The notes: generated by a model not told the origin, from the letters alone. A DNA stretch of 60,414 nt from Bacteroidia bacterium (GCA_040882555.1 JBBEBC010000149.1:1-60414); one strand, 5' to 3'; counted from the first letter of the stretch, positions 7,025 to 17,224 are shown. Program-made: numbers and translations.

Positions 7025-9112
7025 ATGCAGAATTTTTTACCTCTAGCAGTATTTTGCTTTATCCTACTTTTTAAGGTCAATGCTCAAAATCTCGAATGCG
7101 GAAGCACATATGCAGTGCAAAAGGCATTAACTGAAAATCCTCAATTACTTGAAGAAATAGAGCAGCTAGAGTCCTTCACAGAAAACTTCGAAATTACAGG
7201 TGAAAGAGTAGTGAGAGTAGTTCCTATTGTTTTTCATGTAATCCATAACTATGGAATTGAGAATATTTCGAAAGAACAAATTTTAGATGCAGTAAGAATA
7301 ATTAATGAAGACTTCAATCTTGACAATGAAGATCAAAGTGAGGTCATTTCTGCATTTCAAGGTTTAGTTTCTGATGTAGAATTTGAATTTCGTTTGGCTA
7401 GATTAGATCCAAACGGAAATTGCACCGAAGGAATTACTAGGACTGTTTCTGAATTAACATTCAATGCAGATGATAATGTTAAGGAGCTTGTTTCATGGCC
7501 CCGAAATAAATATTTAAATGTTTGGGTGGTTGATGATATTTCATTTGGTGCAGGTGGATATGCCTATTTACCTGGTTCTGCACCTTCTGCCGAAGAAGAT
7601 GGAATTGTTGTTTTGCACAATCAGCTTGGAAGCACTGGTACTTCAAACGGATCTAACTTCGCTTCAAGAACTTTAACTCATGAAATTGGTCATTTCTTTA
7701 ATCTAAGACATCCTTGGGGAGGTTCAAATTCGCCAGGAGAAGTAGACAATTGTGATATTGATGATGGTGTTACTGATACTCCAAATACCCTAGGCGTTGC
7801 AAATCAAAATTGTAATCTTAGTCAAAACACTTGTGGTTCATTAGACAATGTTCAGAATTTCATGGATTACTCTAGCTGTGCAATTATGTTCACAACAGGT
7901 CAAAAATCCAGAATGATTGCTGCAATTACTTCCAGTACAGCAGGAAGAAACCAATTATGGTCATCTGCAAATCTCCAAGCAACAGGGGTAGATGGAGTAC
8001 TTACGGTTTGCACTCCAATTGCAGATTTCCAGGCTAGCAGTAGCCAAAACTGTTCTGAAACCGATGTAATTTTTACCGATTTAAGTTACAATGCAGATAT
8101 TGATGGCACTTGGAATTGGACATGGAGTTTTCCTGGTGGAGTTCCCTCTAGTTCTACCGATCAAAATCCTGTAGTTCAATATACTAATCCCGGTTCTTAT
8201 CCAGTTACTTTAACAGCCACTAACTCACAAGGAAGCAATTCAAAAACTAAATCTAATTACATTTTTATAAGCTCAAATACGCCAGTTCAACTTGCCCCAA
8301 TTATAGAAGGCATGGAAACCTCAACTTTCCCAGATAATGGCTTCCCGGGAATTTCTTGGAGATTTGAATCAACTAACAATAATGCGCTTTCAAGAAGCAC
8401 TGCTGCCTCAACAAGCGGAACTGCTTCATTAATCTACAATAATATGCTAGTTGCTGAAGGAACAGTAAGTGAGGCATATTCTCCGGTTATTAATTGTTTA
8501 TATGTAGGAACTCCTGCACGAGTTAAATTCAATGTAGCTCATGCGCAAAGAGGGCCAAGTAACACAGATCAGCTCGAAATGTGGGTTTCTGTTGATTGCG
8601 GAAGAACATGGACTCGTAGATATCAGAAATCAGGTTCTTCTTTAGCCACTACTGGCGGATATGTTTCTTCTCCTTGGATTCCAAATACAACTCAATGGCG
8701 AGAAGAAATTGTAAGTGTTACCCCTTTAGCAGGAAAGCAAACAGCAATGATAAAGTTCACCTACACAGATGGTGGAGGTAATAACATTTACATTGATGAT
8801 ATCAATATCATTGATGGTCCGATAGGTTTTAATGAAATCAGCATTGATGAATCAAGCATTAGTATTTTCCCTAATCCTAGTAAAGGAGATGCCACTCTAT
8901 CTTATTCTTTAATTGAAGGTGATGATATTTCAATAAGCATAACGGATATTTCGGGAAGACTTCTTGGAACTAAGGCTTTTGGAAAACAACAGCCCGGAGA
9001 TTATCAATTAGAGTTGAATGGTATTATTGGTTCTTCCCTAAATAGTGGAATTTACTTTGTAAATATTGATTCAGGAAAGTCGCGTTTAGTGAAAAAATGG
9101 ATTAATAACTGA
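7025..9112 (+). CDS. Secreted M43 (pappalysin/cytophagalysin-like) zinc metalloprotease with PKD domain and T9SS C-terminal sorting domain
   Basis: Signal peptide, zinc motif HEIGHFFNLRHPWG, PKD-like segment WSFPGG...YTNPGSYPVTLTATN, and a C-terminal ISIFPNPSKGDATL...GIYFVNI domain. Confidence 0.85.
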   Translation: MQNFLPLAVFCFILLFKVNAQNLECGSTYAVQKALTENPQLLEEIEQLESFTENFEITGERVVRVVPIVFHVIHNYGIENISKEQILDAVRIINEDFNLDNEDQSEVISAFQGLVSDVEFEFRLARLDPNGNCTEGITRTVSELTFNADDNVKELVSWPRNKYLNVWVVDDISFGAGGYAYLPGSAPSAEEDGIVVLHNQLGSTGTSNGSNFASRTLTHEIGHFFNLRHPWGGSNSPGEVDNCDIDDGVTDTPNTLGVANQNCNLSQNTCGSLDNVQNFMDYSSCAIMFTTGQKSRMIAAITSSTAGRNQLWSSANLQATGVDGVLTVCTPIADFQASSSQNCSETDVIFTDLSYNADIDGTWNWTWSFPGGVPSSSTDQNPVVQYTNPGSYPVTLTATNSQGSNSKTKSNYIFISSNTPVQLAPIIEGMETSTFPDNGFPGISWRFESTNNNALSRSTAASTSGTASLIYNNMLVAEGTVSEAYSPVINCLYVGTPARVKFNVAHAQRGPSNTDQLEMWVSVDCGRTWTRRYQKSGSSLATTGGYVSSPWIPNTTQWREEIVSVTPLAGKQTAMIKFTYTDGGGNNIYIDDINIIDGPIGFNEISIDESSISIFPNPSKGDATLSYSLIEGDDISISITDISGRLLGTKAFGKQQPGDYQLELNGIIGSSLNSGIYFVNIDSGKSRLVKKWINN

Positions 9113-9492
9113 TGCGGGAAATATTCAAGGAGAGACTTACCGAGTCGCATCTTCAAACATTAGAGCAAGATTGGAAGATTCTAGTTAAAAAGCTTAATGA
9201 GAGATTTGATGCCGATTTAGATTTAGAATCAATACTATTTCTTATTGGCGTTCAAGAGCTCGGCAAAGGGCATAAAAAATATACTAAGGATCAAAAGCTT
9301 GAGCTAATGCATATTGCTATTTGCACCTTGTTAGAGCCTTATGGCTATTATAATTATCTAGGTAATGATGAAGATGGATATCCTCATTGGGAGGTAAATG
9401 AACTACTGCCGCCTTTAATGGCTGGACAGCAGATGGCATTGATGAAATCTTCTGTTTTAGATTTTTTCGGGGAGGATTTTATTGCTCCATAA
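9112..9492 (+). CDS. Hypothetical cytoplasmic protein (126 aa), translationally coupled to the M43 protease gene
   Basis: A TGATG overlap links it to the upstream stop. It has no signal peptide. Confidence 0.6.
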   Translation: MREIFKERLTESHLQTLEQDWKILVKKLNERFDADLDLESILFLIGVQELGKGHKKYTKDQKLELMHIAICTLLEPYGYYNYLGNDEDGYPHWEVNELLPPLMAGQQMALMKSSVLDFFGEDFIAP

Positions 9493-9862
9493 TTACAGTC
9501 TTGCTAACTGTTTCGCCCGGCTCAAGCTTTATTAAATCATTAGCTTCTCCATATATAATGTGAGTAACCTCAATATCTAAAATCGCCGGATGTTGAAATT
9601 CGAACCTTGCTTCACCATTTGCATCTGTAATAGCATTATTTACTGATGAACCATCTTGCAAATAACCTGCTACTTCACCCTCACCTGAGGATAAAGCCCA
9701 GTTTGATAGAAGGGTAACATTAGCTCCTGAAATAGCGGCTCCTGTTGGACGAATAACTTTTACTATCGCTAAACATGTTTCATCTTCACGTTTACACGAA
9801 GAAATAACAGAAATAGAAAAAATGGTTGCAATTAATGCAGTGGTTTTAAAGAAGCTTGCCAT
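9479..9862 (-). CDS. Small lipoprotein with a carboxypeptidase-regulatory-like beta-sandwich domain
   Basis: MASFFKTTALIATIFSISVISSC is a lipoprotein signal, and the body contains ...GANVTLLSN...DANGEARFEF. The track ORF's 67-aa N-terminal extension would run into the pheS promoter region, so I removed it. Confidence 0.6.
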   Translation of the reverse strand: MASFFKTTALIATIFSISVISSCKREDETCLAIVKVIRPTGAAISGANVTLLSNWALSSGEGEVAGYLQDGSSVNNAITDANGEARFEFQHPAILDIEVTHIIYGEANDLIKLEPGETVSKTVIMEQ

Positions 9863-9991
9863 GTTTATCGAATAAGCTTGGTAAAAATAGCAATTATATT
9901 GATAAATGCTTAAGAGTTTAACGCATTGAGATGTTCTTTGTTTCATAGCCCGAACAGCTTGTCTATCTTTGCCGCAGAAATAATGCTTGGA

Positions 9992-11017
9992 ATGGATATT
10001 CAACAGGAAATTGAAGCAATTAAAAATGATATTGAAAAGACACAAGTTAAAACGATTGATCAACTTGAATCTTTTCGTCTAGAATTTCTTAGTAAAAAAG
10101 GAAAAATACCAGCTTTGTTTCAACGATTCAGAGAAGTTGCCGAAGCAGATCGAAAGGAAGTTGGGCGAGTTCTAAATCTATTAAAGCAACAAGCGGAGGA
10201 ATTCTTTAAAACGACAAAAGAACAACTTGAGATATCAAGTTCTGATTCAACTACTGATTTTGACGCAAGTGCTCCTGGAAATCCTTTCCCAATTGGAAGT
10301 CGCCACCCTTTAAGGTTAGTTGCAAATCAACTCTATGAAGTTTTTTCTAGAATAGGTTTTACTTTAGCAGAAGGTCCTGAAATCGAAGATGATTGGCATA
10401 ATTTCTCTGCATTGAATTTCCCTGAAGAACATCCCGCAAGAGACATGCAGGATACGTTCTTCATTATGAATGACCCTGCAATGGCTCTTAGAACACATAC
10501 ATCAAGTGTTCAGGTAAGAATGATGGAAACTCGCAAACCGCCACTAAGGATGATTATGCCTGGCAGGGTTTACAGAAATGAAGCAATTTCAGCCCGCGCC
10601 CATTGCTTTTTTCATCAGGTTGAAGGAATCTATATTGACAAAAACGTGTCGTTTGCCGATTTGAAACAAACCATGCTTTACTTTTCAAGGGAACTTTTTG
10701 GAGCAGATACACAAATCAGATTAAGGCCATCTTACTTTCCTTTTACAGAGCCTTCGGCTGAAATGGACATTTCTTGCACTGTTTGCAAAGGAAAAGGATG
10801 TAACATTTGCAAGTATACTGGCTGGGTTGAAATTCTTGGATGTGGTATGATTCATCCCAATGTACTTTCAAATTCAGGAATTGATCCAGAAGAATATACC
10901 GGCTTTGCATTTGGAATGGGGATTGAGAGAATTGCGATTCTAAAATATCAGGTCAACGATTTGAGATTTTTCTCTCAAAACGATGTTAGATTCCTGAAGC
11001 AATTCACTGCTCAATAA
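9992..11017 (+). CDS. pheS: Phenylalanine--tRNA ligase alpha subunit
   Basis: Class II aaRS motifs (FPEEHPARDMQDTFF, RTHTSSVQ, GFAFGMGIERIA). The start is set at MDIQQEIE. Confidence 0.93.
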   Translation: MDIQQEIEAIKNDIEKTQVKTIDQLESFRLEFLSKKGKIPALFQRFREVAEADRKEVGRVLNLLKQQAEEFFKTTKEQLEISSSDSTTDFDASAPGNPFPIGSRHPLRLVANQLYEVFSRIGFTLAEGPEIEDDWHNFSALNFPEEHPARDMQDTFFIMNDPAMALRTHTSSVQVRMMETRKPPLRMIMPGRVYRNEAISARAHCFFHQVEGIYIDKNVSFADLKQTMLYFSRELFGADTQIRLRPSYFPFTEPSAEMDISCTVCKGKGCNICKYTGWVEILGCGMIHPNVLSNSGIDPEEYTGFAFGMGIERIAILKYQVNDLRFFSQNDVRFLKQFTAQ

Positions 11018-11018
11018 A

Positions 11019-11516
11019 TTAGTCGAATTCGATAAGGATTTGGTTTTTCTCCACTGCCTGACCAAGCTTAACTGATACCTTTGAAACAACCGCATCGGAT
11101 GGAGATTTTATCATATTCTCCATTTTCATTGCTTCCAGCACAAGAAGCGCATCTCCCTTTTTTACTGCATCACCTGGATTAACCAGCGTTCTTAAAACCA
11201 AACCTGGCATAGGTGCTTTAACTAGGTTAATCTTCTGCTCAGTAACAATGTTGAGTCCCATCGATTCAAGCAGTAATGCCATTTTATCTTTGGTACTAAC
11301 CTCAACTTTTTTTCCATTTATCTTCAAACAAAACAAATCACCTTCTCGGCTCTCAAGAATTATATTGAACGACTTGCCTTTATAAATAACATTTGCCGAA
11401 TTGCTGCCTGTGCTCAACACATCCCACGTGAAATCAGCATCATTTAGTTTACCTGATTCATTACTTGCATCAAATTCAACTATAAAGTCTTTATCGGAGA
11501 TAATAGATTTAATCAT
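11019..11516 (-). CDS. Biotin/lipoyl-attachment domain protein (BCCP-like)
   Basis: 165 aa. The C-terminal sequence GDALLVLEAMKMENMIKSP is a biotinyl-lysine motif. Confidence 0.8.
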   Translation of the reverse strand: MIKSIISDKDFIVEFDASNESGKLNDADFTWDVLSTGSNSANVIYKGKSFNIILESREGDLFCLKINGKKVEVSTKDKMALLLESMGLNIVTEQKINLVKAPMPGLVLRTLVNPGDAVKKGDALLVLEAMKMENMIKSPSDAVVSKVSVKLGQAVEKNQILIEFD

Positions 11517-12655
11517 ATTGCTTCTTCAGTAATTGGTTGTTCAGAATAATTTCTGATGACCGAATATAATGTATCTCTCTCAACCGGAATTTTACCTACT
11601 TGAGAAATTAATTCGACGAGCTGAGAAGTTGTTAAACTTGGGCTCTGCTCTTCAGAACCAGCCATTGAATAAATTTTTGTAGAATCATCAATGGTTCCAT
11701 CAATATCATCAACTCCAAATGAAAGTGATAGTTGGGCTGTAGACCTTCCAATCATCGGCCAGTAGGCCTTAATGTGGGCGAAATTATCCATGTAAATTCT
11801 AGAAATCGCATAGTTTCTAAGATCTTCAATTACAGAAACCTCAGGAATATGACTCATTTGATTTCCCTTATTTCTGAATTTCAATGGAATAAACGTGTTA
11901 AAGCCTTTTGTTTTATCCTGAAGCGCTCTTAGACGTTCCATGTGATCAATACGATGTTCGAACTTCTCCACGTGACCGTAAAGCATCGTTGCATTTGAAG
12001 GCATACCTAATTTGTGGGCAGTTTCGTGAATTTCGAGCCATTCGGCAGAAGTACACTTATCACCAGCAATTTCAGAACGAAGTTTCTCATCAAAAATCTC
12101 CGCTCCTCCTCCCGGTAGGGAGTCCTGGCCATGATCCTTTAAAATTTGCAATCCTTCAGCATAAGAAACTTTAGCCTTCTTGCACATGTAATGAAGCTCT
12201 ACTGCTGTAAAGGCTTTTACATGAATATCAGGACGGATTTCCTTCACCTTTTTTATCAATGAGGCAAAATAATGCAATCCCATTTTGGGATGAACTCCAC
12301 CTACAATATGAACTTCTGTTACAGCCTTGTCTGCATAACTTCGTACAATGTCAAGAATCTGTTCTTCAGACATTTCCCAGCCTTCTCCTTTATTTTTAAG
12401 TAGGCGAGAATACGAGCAGAATTTACAATCGTAAACGCAAATATTTGTTGGTTCAACATGAAAATTCCGATTGAAATAAGTATAATTTTTATGTCGCTTT
12501 TCGCGGATGTAATTGGCTAAAGACCCAACAAAGCCAAGCTCTGCCTTTTCATATAAGTAAACTCCCTCTTCAGGGCTTATTCTGATTTCCCCTTTTACTT
12601 TATTGGCAATTTCAATAAGCTTGGGGTCGGTAATATTTTTGAGGATTGATTCCAT
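11513..12655 (-). CDS. Radical SAM enzyme of the CofH/MqnC/MqnE family, probably aminofutalosine synthase or a related futalosine-pathway enzyme
   Basis: 380 aa. It has the CVYDCKFCSY CxxxCxxC cluster motif, and its length and architecture fit the family. I cannot assign the exact member by eye. Confidence 0.65.
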   Translation of the reverse strand: MESILKNITDPKLIEIANKVKGEIRISPEEGVYLYEKAELGFVGSLANYIREKRHKNYTYFNRNFHVEPTNICVYDCKFCSYSRLLKNKGEGWEMSEEQILDIVRSYADKAVTEVHIVGGVHPKMGLHYFASLIKKVKEIRPDIHVKAFTAVELHYMCKKAKVSYAEGLQILKDHGQDSLPGGGAEIFDEKLRSEIAGDKCTSAEWLEIHETAHKLGMPSNATMLYGHVEKFEHRIDHMERLRALQDKTKGFNTFIPLKFRNKGNQMSHIPEVSVIEDLRNYAISRIYMDNFAHIKAYWPMIGRSTAQLSLSFGVDDIDGTIDDSTKIYSMAGSEEQSPSLTTSQLVELISQVGKIPVERDTLYSVIRNYSEQPITEEAI

Positions 12656-12711
12656 GGTTTATTATGCTTGCAAACTTACAACAAGCAAATCAGGAATTAG
12701 TTTCTCTGGGA

Positions 12712-14523
12712 TTAATTGCCCGAAATTATTATTGGAATGACTTGTGAATCTTTAGCTTCAGGAATTATTCTAAGGTAGTATATCCCATCAGCTGAATCAA
12801 TGTTTAACGATTGATATTGAGAAGATGAGAAATTACCTGATGCTACTGCTTTCCCTTCCATGGAAAACACCTGCCATTGAGATTTTCCAAAATTTTCAGG
12901 AAGCTGAACGCTAAAATTCCCAGAACTTGAAGGATTTGGATAAATAAGTGTAGCAGTATTAACTTCTTTTAGAGGAGTGATACCTACGGTGGAACACTGA
13001 ATAGCTCTTATGGCAAGTGACAATGCTCCATCAAAAGCATCCGGTGATTCGCAAGGAAGCCAGGATCCATCGCTTAGTCTTATCCAACCTGAATTGATGT
13101 TAATTTCATCGAATTGATTGGTATAAACAGCAATAGAGTCGCCAGTTAAAATATTGGTTTCAAAACCCAAATAATAATCTCCAGTTACGAGAGCAGGAAG
13201 ATTGAACTCTACATTAGTGAATGTGAAATTCTCTACGTTATTAATTATGGTTGAAATTGGAAATGTGGTCTGATTTAAAATTGCACCAGGGCTTCCCTGG
13301 TCTCCACTTGCGTCCCAAACCAAAACTTTTATAGATGCTCCCTGTGCTGATTCAAAGGCAAATGAGAAGTCGAACCCTACACCATAAATTGCTTTCTCAA
13401 CGCTTGTATTGAATTTTTCAGCAAAAGCTAAGTCTCCTCGCGAATTCGTCCCGGTTAAATAACCGGTTTCACCACCAAAATACTCTTCACATCTATAGTA
13501 AACAAGACCATCTCCTCCAGTAATATTATTTAATGTATCACAATCATTTGCTACAGGCACCGCCATGCAACCCTGAGAGCTTTGCAACGAGGATCTGAAG
13601 CCGTTCAAAGTTGACTGCATCCTGATTTTCTGATCCCGAGTAAACACATTCATGCATTGATCATCAGTGTAATCCATGAAATTCATATACATATCGCTGC
13701 TGCCGCATGAACTAACAGGTCCAGAAGGACAACCAAAGTAAGGAGCAGCCTGATTTGGTGTATCTCCAACTTGATCAGTGCCAGCGCAATTATCAGAGCT
13801 AGATTCATCATCGCCCCAAATATGAAGTAGATTTAGCCAGTGACCAACTTCGTGAGTTGCAGTTCTTCCTTTGTTGTAAGGTGCTTGAACATTTCCTGTT
13901 CTTCCAAAATGCTTGTAGATAATTACTACTCCATCCTGTCCTGGAGCGGCTGATCCAGGCAAAGTTGCAAATCCTATTAAAGGAGAAGTTAGGTTGCACA
14001 CCCAAATATTTAAATATTGATTTGAAGGCCAAGGACTTTTACCTCCCGTAGCCTCATTCTTAACAGCACCACCTAAACCAAAAGACATGGCTGTAGTTTG
14101 AGTTCTTGTTATTCCGTCGCTTGGTTGACCTGAAGGAGTTCTTTGGGCAAGACAGAAACGTATCTCCGTGTCGGTAGCAACGCTAAGAAATTCAGTTGGC
14201 GTTTGTGAAGCATCTGCATTTGACCTGCCAAAGTCTTCGTTCAAAACATCAATTTGGGATTGAATCTGAGCGTTCGAAATATTTTCGTCGGCGGTTCTAT
14301 AAACAACATGAACTACAACCGGAATAAAAATAACACTTGCTCTAGCCTTAGAGCCGTCTGCAGTTTGAGCAGCATTGTCAATCTGCTCTCTTATCTTAAT
14401 AAAGTCTGGATTCTCTCTAATTGCTTGAGAGTATAAATCCATTGTCCCGCAATTTCTGGTTTGCGAGAAAAGACCTGTATTAAAAAAGAGGGAGGATATT
14501 ATTAGTAAAGAATAAAATTTCAT
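12712..14523 (-). CDS. Secreted M43 zinc metalloprotease with T9SS C-terminal sorting domain (paralogue of 7025-9112)
   Basis: Signal peptide, zinc motif HEVGHWLNLLHIWGDD, and a C-terminal LIYPNPSSSGNFSV...GIYYLRI domain. Confidence 0.85.
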   Translation of the reverse strand: MKFYSLLIISSLFFNTGLFSQTRNCGTMDLYSQAIRENPDFIKIREQIDNAAQTADGSKARASVIFIPVVVHVVYRTADENISNAQIQSQIDVLNEDFGRSNADASQTPTEFLSVATDTEIRFCLAQRTPSGQPSDGITRTQTTAMSFGLGGAVKNEATGGKSPWPSNQYLNIWVCNLTSPLIGFATLPGSAAPGQDGVVIIYKHFGRTGNVQAPYNKGRTATHEVGHWLNLLHIWGDDESSSDNCAGTDQVGDTPNQAAPYFGCPSGPVSSCGSSDMYMNFMDYTDDQCMNVFTRDQKIRMQSTLNGFRSSLQSSQGCMAVPVANDCDTLNNITGGDGLVYYRCEEYFGGETGYLTGTNSRGDLAFAEKFNTSVEKAIYGVGFDFSFAFESAQGASIKVLVWDASGDQGSPGAILNQTTFPISTIINNVENFTFTNVEFNLPALVTGDYYLGFETNILTGDSIAVYTNQFDEININSGWIRLSDGSWLPCESPDAFDGALSLAIRAIQCSTVGITPLKEVNTATLIYPNPSSSGNFSVQLPENFGKSQWQVFSMEGKAVASGNFSSSQYQSLNIDSADGIYYLRIIPEAKDSQVIPIIISGN

Positions 14524-14667
14524 TTGAATAGAATCTGAAAATGTTCAACGATTGTAACTAAAGTTCGTTTCATATATAAGCATCAAAGTTGATATAGAAT
14601 TTTTCAAATTGTATTAGCAGGCAAAATTATTTGTCAACAAGATTAAGTTTCCATGTAATTTTGTGAA

Positions 14668-15366
14668 ATGTCGCATCGTGTTTTATTAGTCGAAGATGAA
14701 GAACATCTGCTTGAAGCAATTCAGCTGAATCTAGAATTGGAAGGATATCATGTGGTAGCGGTTAAAGATGGTAAAACAGCTCTTGAAAAGGCTTTAAACG
14801 AAAGATACAACCTCATTATTTTGGATGTGATGATCCCAGAAATGGATGGGTTTGAGGTTTGTGAAAGGATACGTCTTGAGAATCAACAAGTGCCGATTAT
14901 ATTTTTAACTGCCAAGAATACTGGACAAGAACGTGTTCAAGGTCTAAAACTTGGAGCCGATGATTATTTATCTAAGCCTTTTAACCTAGAAGAATTGTTG
15001 CTTCGCGCTTCATCATTGATTCAAAGAGGAATTGACAGATCAAAAGGGACTCCTACCCCATCTTCATTTGAGTTTGGAGGAAACAAGATTGATTTCAATA
15101 GTTTTATTGTTACCACCTTTCAAGGAGAAGAAATCACACTTTCGAAGAAAGAAATTCAGTTACTTAAACTATTAATAGATAGACGTGGAGAGGTTGTTTC
15201 AAGGAGACAAATCCTAGAAATAGTATGGGGATACGATATTTTTCCTTCCACAAGAACCATCGATAACTATATCCTAGCCTTTAGAAAATACTTTGAGCCG
15301 AGTCCAAAAAGCCCTAAGTTTTTTCATTCTATTCGAGGAGTTGGCTACAAGTTTACCTTTGAGTAA
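14668..15366 (+). CDS. OmpR/PhoB-type response regulator (no adjacent histidine kinase)
   Basis: The receiver domain has LLVEDEE and DVMIPEMDG. The winged-helix C-terminus reads TRTIDNYI...RGVGYKF. Confidence 0.9.
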   Translation: MSHRVLLVEDEEHLLEAIQLNLELEGYHVVAVKDGKTALEKALNERYNLIILDVMIPEMDGFEVCERIRLENQQVPIIFLTAKNTGQERVQGLKLGADDYLSKPFNLEELLLRASSLIQRGIDRSKGTPTPSSFEFGGNKIDFNSFIVTTFQGEEITLSKKEIQLLKLLIDRRGEVVSRRQILEIVWGYDIFPSTRTIDNYILAFRKYFEPSPKSPKFFHSIRGVGYKFTFE

Positions 15367-17152
15367 TGACTAAGCGGATGCTAAAAGCCGTTTCCCCCTT
15401 CAATATGTTTACTATGTAAACACCGGGTTCTAGGTATCCTGGATTAAACTCTTTTCTCCAGCCACTTGGCAAGGCTTGATTATAAACGCTTCTCCCCGAA
15501 AGATCTGTTAATACTACTTGGATGCCTTCTTGAATTCCTTCAAGATAAATAAAGCCTCCTTGAGAGGGATTTGGGTAAAGTTTGAAATTTCCAATTAACT
15601 CAGCAATACCAACATTTGTCCATGCATAAGCTGCTGATTCAACAGAACATCCTGAAGCATTTTCAACTGTAACTGTATAATCTCCAATAGTTTCCGGAGA
15701 TAGTGAGCCTTGATTTTCAGTTCCAGGAATTTCATTTCCATTGACATACCAAGACCAAGTAAAATTACTTCCAGGGTTACAGATTAGTTGTTCGCTAATT
15801 GGATTAAAGAAAATACTTGGAGCATCGGGCAATGAAGCTACAACTGTTGAAACTGAATCTGAAAATGCTATGCAGCCTTGGCTATTTCTCACTTCTACAG
15901 AAAAAACACCTGTATCATAAATTGTATAAGTAGAGTCATTAGCACCAAAGATGGCAACGCCACCTGAAGAATTCCATTGGTAAAAATCAGCAAATCCGGT
16001 AGTAAGAGTTATTGAGTCACCTTCACAAACCAAAGAATCAGTTAACATAATCTCAGGAGTTTGTGGAGAAGGAAAAACAATAACAGTATCTTCATTATTA
16101 AAGCTTAAGCTCACTCTTGTGCTTATGGTATAGCTGCCAAAACCCTGATTTGTATTGAAGTTGAAAGTCCCGATATCATTGACTTGAATTACTGTTGACC
16201 CAAGATTATCATCAGCAGTTATCAAATCTTCGTCAAAAAATGCTAGGCTAAAGGAGGGTTGATTAATAACATATTCAAGGTTAGAAACCGAGAAGCTCGT
16301 GCTATTATCAACCGTGGAACTTTGCTGAGTTGCTGAACCTACCGTGTAAATAAAATAAATGTCAGGGCTTCCAGTACATGTTCCAATAAAAGGAATTGAG
16401 GGCTCTTCAATATCACCGCACCAATTAGATCCAGTGGCGTTAAAGTTCACATTAGTGAGAACATATTCAAGTAAATCTGTTTGAAGATTTACGTAATATG
16501 TATCGGGCAAAAGATACAGTTGAGTTTCTGGCAAAGGCTCAGTGGACATATTTCCATTGCCAAAATCCCAAAGATAAGTTACAGGTTGAGTTTCGCTGCT
16601 AATGAGTGCTTCAAACCCAACAGCAATTGAATCACAGCCCGAGGAAGGCGAAAAAGAAAAACCTGAGTTACCTCCGCCGCCAGGCACAACTAATAAAGGC
16701 AGTGTAAATGACTGAGGAACATCTGTAGAAATTGGGGCTGTAACCGATGCAATTACATTGACCGAAATTGTATATGAACCAATAGCTTGTGGAGTTCCAC
16801 ACATTTTAACACAACCTCGTTGGGTGGCTGGATCTGACGTTATATCATAAATATTATCTGCTTCGTTGGTTGTCCAACTTATTCCATTTGGCAGTCCTGA
16901 AACAGAAGTAATAGTTATTTGCGAAAGAGTAACTGTTGCTCCGGTTCCACCATCAGTAAATTGATTAGGCATAAAAAAGGTGAGATCAATCTCGTATGGC
17001 TCACCTTGAAGAGCATTTGGCAAGATTTCTGGACAAAGAGCAGGCGCCGCTGGACTTGCAGTGCAGGTTGGATCAATAACACATCCTTCGCATTGCGAAA
17101 ATGAAACTCTGCAAAGAAGAGTTAGGCAAATAATCAGGTAGACGTTTTTCAT
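15353..17152 (-). CDS. Secreted PKD/Ig-like repeat protein with T9SS C-terminal sorting domain
   Basis: Signal peptide MKNVYLIICLTLLC, a PKD-like segment YLWDFGNGN, and a C-terminal FKLYPNPSQGGFIYL...GVYIVNI domain. Confidence 0.8.
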   Translation of the reverse strand: MKNVYLIICLTLLCRVSFSQCEGCVIDPTCTASPAAPALCPEILPNALQGEPYEIDLTFFMPNQFTDGGTGATVTLSQITITSVSGLPNGISWTTNEADNIYDITSDPATQRGCVKMCGTPQAIGSYTISVNVIASVTAPISTDVPQSFTLPLLVVPGGGGNSGFSFSPSSGCDSIAVGFEALISSETQPVTYLWDFGNGNMSTEPLPETQLYLLPDTYYVNLQTDLLEYVLTNVNFNATGSNWCGDIEEPSIPFIGTCTGSPDIYFIYTVGSATQQSSTVDNSTSFSVSNLEYVINQPSFSLAFFDEDLITADDNLGSTVIQVNDIGTFNFNTNQGFGSYTISTRVSLSFNNEDTVIVFPSPQTPEIMLTDSLVCEGDSITLTTGFADFYQWNSSGGVAIFGANDSTYTIYDTGVFSVEVRNSQGCIAFSDSVSTVVASLPDAPSIFFNPISEQLICNPGSNFTWSWYVNGNEIPGTENQGSLSPETIGDYTVTVENASGCSVESAAYAWTNVGIAELIGNFKLYPNPSQGGFIYLEGIQEGIQVVLTDLSGRSVYNQALPSGWRKEFNPGYLEPGVYIVNILKGETAFSIRLVITQR

Positions 17153-17224
17153 GAGTAAGATTATGCACCTAAAATACAAAGACATTGCTTGTTTTGAATA
17201 CCGGATATTCCATTATTTTGGAAA

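Noticed and set aside
9863-10063. 67-aa N-terminal extension of the 9479-10063 ORF. Similar upstream extensions occur at 9926, 6112, 17185, 25203, 36956, 43621, 53744 and 57918.
   Set aside because: An internal Met gives a proper signal peptide or a canonical N-terminus, and it removes overlaps with neighbouring genes or promoter regions.
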